The notes under the pieces were generated by a model. It was not told the origin of the DNA and did not search any database. It saw only the letters and a list, made by a program, of their open reading frames with translations. A program made the translations under genes and the position numbers. From Halocafeteria seosinensis (Eukaryota), in NCBI GenBank assembly GCA_001687465.1, contig LVLI01000544.1, forward strand, positions 1 through 33,982: 33,982 nucleotides of DNA. Direction: 5' to 3'. Shown here piece by piece: positions 1 to 10,300 of the stretch. Each line of letters opens with the position of its first letter. The stretch's first letter is position 1.

Positions 1-460
1 TGTTTTGGTTGGAAGTACTAGCACGAACATAGCTACCTGTGTCAAACGCGAAGTTTACATACAAAGTATTTGCGCAGCAGCTACTGTACATAGCAATTCC
101 ATGTTATTGAGCAGTGGTTGAGCATTAAAAGCGGTATATATTATCGAATGTCAGTTAGATGGCTGGTCACCGGTTTGTATGCGGTATTGCTCTTCTGCTA
201 CTTGTTGCATCTGTTCTCGAATAAACTCGGGGTCTATGCCGGATAGATAGCGTCACTTCATTTCTGAAAAACGTCAAGACTTGAGCAACCCAAATTGTTT
301 CGGGATAGTCGTTATATTCTCCTTTCAGGTGCTCCGAGATCGATACCTTTCTTCGGAAATTCTTCCCCAAATAGAGGGGTAGCGAGAGTGCTTATGACTT
401 GCTTTATAGCTTTCCGTGTGGTCATGAAGTTGTTGCCAACTACCGGGTATCAGAAGATTA

Positions 461-1231
461 TTACCCAGGCGATCCGGCGAGGGAGTCAACGGCAAGACTG
501 TGACATGTTTGTCCACATCCACAGTGAGAGTCGCAATGTACGTATCCGTGTGACGAATTCGGTGAGCTCAATATACCGGTAGACCTGTCCCGGTGGCACA
601 GGCATTCATAGCTACTCAGGAGGTTTCTTCGCTCTACTAAATACTTGATTCGGTCCGTAAGAGAATGATCGTTGATTTCATTGCAGTCTATATTGATAAA
701 AGTCAATGTTGTATTGACCAGCAAGGCATCCACCAATTGTTGAGCTCCTGTTGCACCGATTTGATTCCCTCCTAAATCAATCGCAGTCAATGTCGTATTG
801 ACCCGCAGGGCATCTGCCAAATGTTGAGCTCCTGTATCCCCGATTTCATTCCTGTATAAATAAATCTCAGTCAATGTCGTATTGACCCGCAAGGCATTTG
901 CCAAATGTTGAGCTCCTACAGCACCGATTTCATTCAATCGTAAATCAACCGTCGTTAATGTCGTATTGACCCGCAAGGCATCCGCCAGATGTCGAGCTCC
1001 TGTAGCACCGATTTGATTCCCTCCTAAATTAATTTCAATCAAGTTCGTATTCTTTCCCTCCCGCAAGGCATCTGCTATGTTTTTTGCATCTTTGTCATCC
1101 AGGTTCTTGCACCAGAGATCCACTCCTGACTTCCTATACTCCGGATCATTTCGTCGAATCCGTTGAATACTCGTCTGGACCTCTTCTTCATCGTCGACGT
1201 CCCTCTTGCTGTTCGATGCTCCATTACCCAT
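461..1231 (-). CDS. LRR-only protein of the RI/NLRC3-like 28-aa class (5 repeats), with predicted N-myristoylation and a Cys/His-rich C-terminal tail; 256 aa
   Basis: Repeats follow LRVNTTLTxIxLxxNxIGxxGAxxLAxA. The protein starts MGNGAS (G2/S6). Its N-cap SIQRIRRNDPEY..G.DL..K.L.DKDA is shared with the gene at 5187. No NACHT/P-loop domain. Confidence 0.85.
   Translation of the reverse strand: MGNGASNSKRDVDDEEEVQTSIQRIRRNDPEYRKSGVDLWCKNLDDKDAKNIADALREGKNTNLIEINLGGNQIGATGARHLADALRVNTTLTTVDLRLNEIGAVGAQHLANALRVNTTLTEIYLYRNEIGDTGAQHLADALRVNTTLTAIDLGGNQIGATGAQQLVDALLVNTTLTFINIDCNEINDHSLTDRIKYLVERRNLLSSYECLCHRDRSTGILSSPNSSHGYVHCDSHCGCGQTCHSLAVDSLAGSPG
702..1030. repeat. 84-nt tandem repeat encoding the LRR units
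   Basis: g(t)(c/t)aatgt(c/t)gtattgacc recurs at 702, 786, 870 and 954 (84-nt period). caccgatttgattccctcctaaat occurs twice, 252 nt (3 units) apart. Confidence 0.9.
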
Positions 1232-1235
1232 TCTA

Positions 1236-1257
1236 GGGTCAGTAGGGTAGGGGAGGG
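1236..1257 (+). promoter_or_regulatory. Canonical G-quadruplex-forming motif just upstream of the LRR gene start codon, on the template strand
   Basis: GGG-TCAGTA-GGG-TA-GGGG-A-GGG lies 4 nt from the ATG at 1231. The motif match is direct; function is unproven. Confidence 0.4.
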
Positions 1258-1997
1258 TATCGCAGCCTACAGTACCCTTTGTTGTGCCGTGCTGAGTGGC
1301 TTCACCTCAGATAAACCAAGCAACCAACAACCCATATGATACATACATAGTAGTATACATACAATGCAGGCAGGCAGGCAGACTGTCTGGTAAAAATAAA
1401 TGCCTGATAAAGTGCCAATCCTGTGTATGGTACACAGTGTACCTGTCCGCACCGAACGGTCCGAACCCCTTTGAAGAAGGGATCCTGTGCAGCAGCAGCC
1501 ATGGTCATGGTGTGGTATAAGTAGGCAGGCACATTGCGATCCGGGAAAGAAAGGAAGGGAATGTACTGGAAGAAGAGGGCCATGGGGGAATGCATCGCAA
1601 CTTCGTTCGTGTCTATTGACTTTAACGTAACGCCAGGTTGTCTGCTCAATTCAGAGAGGTACCTGTACGGAAAATTTTGTACTTCGAGGCAAAACTTAAA
1701 CTTAGGACGAGGAAGCGAGCAACTTGGCCCTCTGGACTGAACGGCTCTCTCACTCTCTTGCTTCGCTGCTTGTTTGTCCTAGGATTCATAGCCACACTAC
1801 TTACTTGGTAGTTGCTGCTTGCTGGTATATGGCGAAAGGAACCGGTAAAGCCTTTCCCCTCGGAAGAACTTGGATATGTCGCAACCAAAAACCTTCAACC
1901 AGCCATGAAGAATGGCCCAATCCTAGCAAGACGTCTCTGTCAGGCAGCTGTGTCTGGCCGGCTTTTTGGGCTACACAGCAGTTTAGTTTTTCCAGTC

Positions 1998-3746
1998 TTA
2001 AAGCTTTCTTTCAGCATGGTCTACTGAATTATTTCCAGAATTATCCACTCTCAAAAGTGTTCCTGACACAGCAAGTTGAGGTACTTTCTCCAACGCACTC
2101 TTTTGAATTTTGGAAATATCTCCAGATGTGCTACTTCCGGTCACACCGGGTAACGATGGAACCTGCGAATTCAAGGGCGCTTCGTCGATGCGAACGAGGG
2201 ATTCAGTGCGAGGCTTTCTTTCACCATTCTTTCGGGTATCGATTGGAAGCTCGTAGGAATCACGACCAGGTTCCGGAGATGCGGCGAACGGCGATGGAGT
2301 TGTATGATTACCGTAGGGTCTGCCCTCCTCTGTCGATGGCACCGTTTCCGTTCGCGCCATCGACTTGCCTCCGCTCGTGGGCGGCAGGGGAACAGCGCTA
2401 GCAACTTTGCGCCCTTCTTCGGCATCTTTCGAAAACCATCGCGGACTTATAGAGTACGTGAATGCTTTCCACAACGCGTCTCCACCTTGTTTGTGCAGTG
2501 CTTCATCCGTTAACGCGCTGTTAACAAAATGAACCGCATGTCGCTTGACTCCTTCATCTGAAAGCGTTTGGTGTACCGCTTGTGTCAAGTATTTTGATCC
2601 TTCGTCTACTAGATGCTGATCTCGAAACAGAGAAACTAGCAATTCTTGTAAAGACACTTTAACTGTTTGCTGCTGCACCAACCAAAGAAGAAGGTCCAAA
2701 AGGGCTCTTTGTGTGGACTCGTCGTGAACAATGTTCACAAGCATTGTCTTGAGATGATACACTGTATTTTCATTTTCGAGGAGATCGTAAAGCTGTCCTT
2801 TTGGCCAGGCAAAGGAACAATATCTGAATGTAAAAGTCTTAGAGAAAGCGCGTTAGCCGAAGACACTTACACCGGTACGCACTTCAGTCGACTCGAGGGC
2901 GTTTGAGACCAGATTCTGGAGTTGCTTTTGAGTCTCTGGATCTTGCAATATTTTCTGTAAGAACGTGATTGCTCGTTGATATACAACTGGATCCGTCATT
3001 ATCTGGTTCAACACGGCTTTGGCGAAATCTGATGCTTTAACTTGCACATCCTCGGCACTCTGCAAATCAAATTCCATATATCATCGGGGCAAGGATCACA
3101 ACGGCTCATATTCAAACCTACGAGAACAGTTCCTGCTACCTCACTGGTTTGCCCCACGAAAAATTGTTTGATTTCTTTCCAAAACGCCACAGTAATCAAG
3201 ACAGATCCCAAAAAGACAGCTGAAGCGACAACTCTGCAAACGACCACTTCAGATCAGATCTAGCACACACAGGAACGCGGGGTATTCCATGGTAGTCGAA
3301 TTGTATACATACCTGAATGTCGTCTTGCTTTCCATCCGCAGTCCATGCATCAGCTGCGTCTCCAGCCACGTGAGATAGTAGTCTTGTGCGCCTGCTGTGG
3401 GAGGAGGTGTCCCCGATCTTGTAGTCGTTTGATGAGGTGCCGAGGAAGTTACTCGACTGTTCCTTTCCAATTGTTGTCGAAGATGAGCGTGCACTTGCGG
3501 GTTTTGCTTAAAGAACGCCTCCATACGCGCGCGCCCACTGTCTACCTTACTCTGAGGTCGGGGCTGATACTGCTGCTGGTAATTGTTTGTGTCTGCAGCT
3601 CGACGGCCCTGGAGGAGATACTGTCGTCTCGTGGCGAATGTCCTCGTCCTCCTCCCCCTCCCTACAGCACATACACACCGTCGAGAGACGCAAAGACCAG
3701 CATCACGTGCTGCTAACATATTCATACTTGCTCTATATATGTACAT
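1998..3746 (-). CDS. Spliced (4 exons) uncharacterised protein: Arg-rich N-terminus resembling a mitochondrial presequence, one TM helix, amphipathic helical region, disordered tail
   Basis: Introns 3312-3234 (GTATGT..TTTGCAG) and 3121-3060 (GTAGGT..TTGCAG) join ORF pieces in frame: TTFR|VVASAVFLGSVLITVAFWKEIKQFFVGQTSEVAGTVL|SAEDVQVKASDFAKAVLNQIMTDP. The third intron (donor 2882 or 2870; acceptor 2838 or 2793) is unresolved. The start could be 3746, 3725 or 3719. Confidence 0.7.
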
Positions 3747-4701
3747 CTAATGTAATTTAATCTCATGTGAAGACAACTTTCGAGCCAAGTATACGACCCA
3801 ACCACGATATCTCGTTGCTATCCGGAGGGAGGGCGGTATACGCATGCTTTCATTCATTCATTCATTTTTTCTACATGACAACAGCATTCCTGATGATCCC
3901 TCTCGTGTATTATATGCAGGTATGGGGAATACATGTATCTGCGACATCGGGTGTGAAGTTCAAGCACATGTTGTGTTGACGAGAGACAGTGGAAGGCATA
4001 CTGGTACTATACTGATAATGCATGTTACACGGGATGGATGGAGTGCGTTCGTTCATCTTGTTATTAGCTACTGTATAGCAGGGCGCACCATTCATCCGAC
4101 TTGTATGGGGCGCACAATGCAAAATTGTATGCACACAAGGGACGATCTCTACAGATCAAAAACGATTTTCGGTGACACGAATGACTGGTGTCGTGCCTCA
4201 ATTGAGGAGCATCTAAGCAATCCAAATGCGAGTTGTAGTTTCCTCCAAGTACTACACAATCCGCTCCATATGCCAATCGCCAGGCATTGGGTAGTAATCT
4301 GCTAAGCCAAGGTTACAACGCAGAAACGAGAACTTCAGCTTGAGAGGATGTGTAACAGTTGCGTCCAGTGTTTCATTAGAGCTGAAGAATACAATATAGC
4401 ATATGATATACTTGAGGAGCTGGCTAAGGCAGCTGTGAAAGCCACTCAACTGAAACAGAGAAGAGGGTGGCTCCTCACGGATTCCTCTGTGAGAGGACGT
4501 GAGGGATACTGCTTTGCGAGAGAACGCCCATCTTTTTGTCGCTTCGTGGTTTGCCTTACTTCGGTATGAGTCACGAATCATGATGAAGAATGCCACCCTC
4601 CCATTGCCATACAAATACACTTCTTTCGACTTAAAAGGCAGAACCACCTCTGGTATGCTGCCAATTCCTCAATTTTCGACAGTCGGCGATCGCCCACTGC
4701 G

Positions 4702-4974
4702 CTGTGAGAGATGAAGCGGACAAAATACGGACATCTGAAGGACCATCGCACGGAAATTATCCCGTTCGCGATAGACGCGACGGGGAATTTCGGGGAACAC
4801 GCGATCAAGTTCCTCAACAGAATTGCCAGAAAAGGACCGCGTTCCCGCTGGGGACCGAAGGAGATGCGGAACTTTCGCAAGCTGATGACGGTCAAACTGC
4901 CTGTCATGTTGATGCGCCACAACAGGAAGATGTTGGAGCGGTTATGGGTAGGGTTTACCCCTTACACGGCGTAG
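4702..4974 (+). mobile_element. Truncated C-terminal restriction-like endonuclease (RLE) domain of a CRE/R2-superfamily non-LTR retrotransposon (relic)
   Basis: The translation EMKRTKY....IIPFAIDATGNFGEHAIKFLNRIA resembles the RLE C-terminal pattern E..K..KY....P.a.[ED]..G..G..A..fl..l. There is an in-frame TGA at 4705. No RT or upstream PD motif is recognisable. Confidence 0.6.
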
Positions 4975-5186
4975 CGTAGCCTGTGACCTGAGTAGATTGA
5001 CGTCACCGCAAGTACTGCTCGTCTTCCGGGAGTGCAATACTGATACACGTCTGTGAAAGTCGGGACTCCAAAGATTTGGATTTGAATTCCTTACTCACAC
5101 GACTCGACACGAGAAAGAGATTTTGACCGGTATTGTACAGATGCACTTTTCATTCGACTTTAGTAGACTGGACTGACGTGTGCACA

Positions 5187-6401
5187 ATGGGCGCAAGATC
5201 ATCGTCGATAAAGGGCAAGAGCTCGAGCAACAAGCCGACGGAGAATGAGAGCGATGGTACGGAGAATCAGCAACAAAACACATCAGACGCAGGAGTAGAA
5301 GCTACTCGACACCAAGCAGAGGAACATTGTCAAGGACTCCAGCAGAGTATTGCACGCATTCAACGGAATGATCCAGGGTATACGGAGACAGGAGAGGATC
5401 TTGGACGCAAGGACTTGACTGACAAAGACGCTCGAGACATAGCCGCTGCCTTGCGTGGCAATACAACATTGACTGAAATTAACCTATGGAGGAATCAGAT
5501 AGGCGATAAAGGTGCCAAATCTTTAACTGATGCCTTGCGCGTCAACACGACCTTGACTAGCATGATCTTCAGATCGAACCGAATCGGCGACGCAGGGGCA
5601 CAAGCATTGGCTCATGCCTTACGAGTGAACACGACTCTCACCAGTATCAATTTATTCGGGAATCAAATCGGGCCCACTGGAGCTCAAGCATTGGCCGAGA
5701 CTTTGAGTTCCAATTCGACATTGACTGAAATCAGCTTATACGGCAACGAGATCGGTCAAGCAGGCGCCCAAGCATTCGCTGATGCTCTGCGCATCAATTC
5801 AACATTGCGGAAGATCGACTTACAGGATAACAAACTCGGTGATGGTGGTGTTCACTCATTGACTGATGCCTTGCATGAGAATCGCAGCTTGCTTACAATT
5901 TCCTTGAATGAGAATCAACTAAGTGATACTAGTGCTCGACATGTAGCTGGTCTCGTGCGGGTCAATACGGCGTTGACTAGTATCGCGTTAAGAGAGAATG
6001 CAATCAGCGCTGCAGGTGCTCGTACGTTAGCTCAAGCCTTGCGTGTCAATAAGACATTGACTGGCCTTTTCTTGGATGGTAATGAACTCAGTGATACAGG
6101 AGCCGAGCACATAGCTGATGCATTGCGAGTCAATACTACATTGGTTGCGATTGGTTTGGGAAAGAACAAAATTAGCAATAAAGGGGCTCAGTCCTTGGCC
6201 AGTGCTTTGCGCGTCAACCAAAAGTTAAGCAAGATCGAATTAGACCAAAATAAAATCGGGGATGAAGGCGCTCAGGCATTGGCTAATTCTCTGCGTGCTA
6301 ATAAGGCATTGACCGAGATGGGTTTGTTTGCAAACGAACTCAGCGACCAATCTATAAAAGACAACATCGATCACTTAATCAGAAATAGAAACAAGGGATG
6401 A
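5187..6401 (+). CDS. LRR-only protein of the RI/NLRC3-like 28-aa class (11 repeats), with predicted N-myristoylation; 404 aa; paralog of 461..1231
   Basis: The first in-frame ATG at 5187 gives MGARSS (G2/S6). 11 units of LRxNxTLxxIxLxxNxIGxxGAxxLAxA follow. The N-cap SIARIQRNDPGY is shared with the other LRR gene. Stop is TGA 6399-6401. Intronless. Confidence 0.88.
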   Translation: MGARSSSIKGKSSSNKPTENESDGTENQQQNTSDAGVEATRHQAEEHCQGLQQSIARIQRNDPGYTETGEDLGRKDLTDKDARDIAAALRGNTTLTEINLWRNQIGDKGAKSLTDALRVNTTLTSMIFRSNRIGDAGAQALAHALRVNTTLTSINLFGNQIGPTGAQALAETLSSNSTLTEISLYGNEIGQAGAQAFADALRINSTLRKIDLQDNKLGDGGVHSLTDALHENRSLLTISLNENQLSDTSARHVAGLVRVNTALTSIALRENAISAAGARTLAQALRVNKTLTGLFLDGNELSDTGAEHIADALRVNTTLVAIGLGKNKISNKGAQSLASALRVNQKLSKIELDQNKIGDEGAQALANSLRANKALTEMGLFANELSDQSIKDNIDHLIRNRNKG

Positions 6402-7340
6402 AAACAGCATGCCATGGTACTCTATGCTCCTTCCCGGTGCATAGTTAACTGGCAAGGGAAGAAGTACCGTAGTTCGATAACATCTGATTGGGTTGCAGCC
6501 CTGGGAATTACGTGTATGTGTTTGCCATTTAGCGCTAAACGCCATATTAGAATACACACGACAGAAACTATGTTATGCCCCGAAAAACGTAGTCCAGGAC
6601 CTCAAGTAGTCTTGGTCTTTGTCATGCTTCATTGGTTTGAATCCTGTCGCTTGGTTTGGGCCTACATTTATGTGGTCTCTCTAAGCGATGAGAGACGACC
6701 ACCAAGGGGTCACTCACTTTCTCAAGAGCTTCCCTTTTGGAGAAAAGAACAAAGAGCCTAAAGCTCTGTACGTAGGTAGGTCAAACGAGAGAAGTGTGCT
6801 ACGTGGTACGATACAACGCTGCGGAGTTATTGGAATCAGGTTGGTAGAACCACTTGTACCACAACAAATCTCCCCAGCTGCAGTTTCCATGAATGATTGT
6901 GAGTGGAGTCCTTTCCATTCCGTTTCCTTGCCGAAAAGCTTTTGACACCGCGTATTACCCTCCTAAGTTGGTACAGTACGTGTCGGTACAATAAAAACAT
7001 GTGTATTGAAGTTGGCATTCGCGCAGAACAGAACTCCCCGCGCCGTGGGGCCCCGGAAGGAAGTCGCACGCGCCATTTTCGGTCACTTGAAGTATTACGC
7101 CACACGTGGACGACTCGAATGAGTAGGATTGATATGTGTGCATTGGTGGCTGCCTGCAGTTCCTGATCCCGCCCGTGTATGTGTTTTGTATGGATGTAAA
7201 AGGAGCAGGAAAAGCTCGGGTCGCAACGCCGTTTGGAACGAATCACGATCCCTACGCCTTTCTTATGCCTTTTATACCGTCATTTCAGGAGCCATAGCGA
7301 TCAGAACCCCACAAATATACGAGCAAGTACCTAAAGCGAC

Positions 7341-10300
7341 ATGTCGGGTGCTTGGGAGGACCAAGGAGCGGCGTCAAGAGAGCAGAGAGAGGAGCAAAAT
7401 TCGAGTTTCTTGGAGGATGAAGCCTCTCTGTCTGCTGAATTGCATATTTCAGGCAACAGGCTCAAGGATAGGGTAAAATGCGTCGTCTTTCGACTATTAA
7501 AACTGATGACGGAAAATCAGAAAGTGACCACATTGAGCAAAATTACGGTATGGTTGTGGCGGATCAGCTGACTGGAAGTCCGTTGATTCCGCATGTTTGG
7601 TAATGGTTTACAGGAAGTGATTTTACTCGTCATTGACTGGCTCCAAGTTGTCCAATTACTCGTCGCCCCCGATTTCGGATGGCACGAAGATAGCTTTCAA
7701 TGGGTCGACAAGGTTTCTATCTTACGCTTGTTGCTCCCGGGCCAGAACGCAACTTCTTTCAACATTGGTGAGTCCTTCACGCATAGCAAATTTGGCAGGC
7801 TTTATTTGCTGTTTAATGGTTGAAATTTTATAAATGCAGCGTATGGTATCTCACTGGTGATCACTTGGATGTCTCTACTTGGTAAGTAGGAGAGTTCTGC
7901 TTCTTCACCAGCAGGAAAGAATCACCAGTCTTGGAAACTGGTTATGCAGATGCATTCTACGTCAGCTGGGAGTTAATGGTTCGTTCTGAATATATTGTTT
8001 CTTTGAATTTGAAATCTGTTATATGGAAAGGATGTTTTGGTTGAAAACGCAGACGAGTAATTACAAATCGATTTGGCCGTTGAAAGCGCTCAGAGCTCTT
8101 GTAACAACAGTTCTGACGGCAGGTGTGTTACCGGAGTTGTTTCCCTTTAGCAACCAGCACTATGTGTGAAGCTCTATAATTTGTTTGTATATTTTTGCAG
8201 GGTTTATTCCGATTATGGAGGTATTGGCAATTCCCTTCGGTTGCGGAGGCATGAAGGAATTCTTTGGTGATATAGACTGTAACGGATTCCCTCATGTGTT
8301 GTACATTGTTTCTTCAGTGATAGTAAGTGACGAAGATCCGTCCATCTCCAGTTAAACTAAGAGTTTTGGTTGCATTCGAAAATTTCATCACTGCAGACAC
8401 TAGTTGCATTTGTCCCTTTCGCCTTATTAATGTCGCTCGTATACTTTGACGATAATCAACTTTCTGGAAGCCCAACGGCAAAACCGATCGGAAGACTGGA
8501 CTACTATGACACCTTAATGCGAACTTGTCTGACACTTATTGTTGTCTTGCTCAGAAACCGTGGAGTCTTGCTTTCGCTGATCACACTGGGGATGATGGTA
8601 TATCTTGTGCTCTTCACTAACATTACGTTTCCGTACTTCAAGTTGTGGATGAACCGAATGCGCTCTGCTTTCTACCTTATACTTGTGTGGATTTCTTTTG
8701 GAGCACTCATTGGTAAGTAGTTTGCAACAAACTGTTCAGCAAAAGTTGCCGATTTACCACTCAATGAAATATCGGGTTTTGTGCAGCCTCTGCCGCGGAT
8801 TTGTCCGAGGATGCGCTCAGAGAGTACTCGATTTCGTGGATATCTCTGTCGATTCTCGTTGGAATCGCCGGGATATACACACCGATGTTCCGCTATCGAT
8901 GGCTAAGAAAAGTGAGCTGGAAAGTCGGCAATCAGTTGAGATACGATGAAGAAATGCGGCGGTTGGGAATTACCGGAGCAGCCTCCCGCATCCTCTCGCC
9001 GCATGAACTATACGAAAAGCGAAGAAAGTTTGGAGGTTCGCGGTATAAGATAACAAGTAGTACTATGACGGATCTTCTGTCTCCCCCCTCAAAGTCGGAA
9101 ATACATCAGAACGACGAAATTACCGCTACTAAGAAGCCCGATCGCCCTCGTAAGAATGCGAAAGCGCTTGATGACCTGCTCGAGGCAGAACAGGAAGAAG
9201 AAATTGATGGTGTTGTTGCTGAAGAGGAAGATAAAGAAGAGGATGAAGAAGGTACAAAAACGGAGAAGCTTCCGTTAGCAGAGGTAATTAAGAAGTACTA
9301 CATTTTCGAGTACGATATTGAGCTAATGGTGAGGATCTTGCTAGAGGACCCAACCCGAGAAAACTTTAAGCAAGCTACAGTGATTCTAAACGCGGCTCTT
9401 ACCTCTTTCCCAGAAAGCGTCTTTGTTCGAGTTATTTATGCCTTTCTGATTCTGACTTATTCTAATAGTAGTAGTCGAGCTGTGGCCCTCTTGAAAGAGT
9501 CCCAGAAACTACCTGCTCCCCTTGATCTGAAGTTTCTGGTCTTTAGCAAGATACATGCGTGGAATCAAATTCGTCAAGACGAAGTCATGGGCACTGGAAA
9601 GGATATGGTTTCTGCTATTCAGTTCAAGAAGAAAATGGAGGAAGCAAGTTCTGAGCATATTGAAGCCATCCGAGGAATAAAGAAATTCTGGGAGCTGCTT
9701 CGCAACCAAGAGGACGACGAGAAGAGTTCCATTGCTGCAATTATTGGCCGTATTGCCGATGCCAGAGACAAAGCAAAGGAAGCATACACCGACCTTCTAG
9801 ACGAATACCCATCCAGCAGACGTGCAATGTATCGATACGGACTCTTTTGCTTGTATGTGCTCAATGATGAGCACAAAGCGGACTTATACCTCTCGAAGGT
9901 GCAGCGAGAGTTCTCCCAAAACCAAGACGTCACTGGGAGTGTGCAAGGAGGAGATCGGGGGTCTACTTTGGGATCTTCTGTAGCGGGATCAATGGCTGCA
10001 AGATCTCCAAAAGCTCAGCAATTACAAGTTAAATGCGAGGAATTTGATGCCCTGAAAAAGATTAAAATGTCTTATCGTTCTGGAATGGTACTCCTGGTTT
10101 CATTAACCATTGCGACGTTTGTGACTTCCGTCATTTTCATTGACAAATTTTTCAAGACAAACGAAAGCCTAAGCTACGCAGGCGATCTTCGGAGATCCAT
10201 CCAGGATGCAAGCTTTTGGAGCCGTAACATGCATATTGCAGCCTTCGACTACAGGCGAGTCAAGTATGAAGAAGGTCAAAAAGGATTAACCGAGTCTGAA

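Noticed and set aside
702..1030. Periodic repeats as a CRISPR array
   Set aside because: They are coding 84-nt LRR units without a repeat-spacer structure, in a eukaryotic context with no cas genes.
1724..2401. 225-aa plus-strand ORF
   Set aside because: It is largely antisense to the last exon of the minus-strand gene, has a non-ATG start and has no motifs.
4064..4276. Minus-strand VVLGGNYNSHLD resembling the AP-endonuclease GDFN motif
   Set aside because: It is a single imperfect motif with no other APE motifs or RT nearby.
5187..6401. Calling the LRR genes NLRC3/NOD-like receptors or RanGAP
   Set aside because: Only the LRR class matches. There is no NACHT/P-loop domain and no RanGAP-specific feature.
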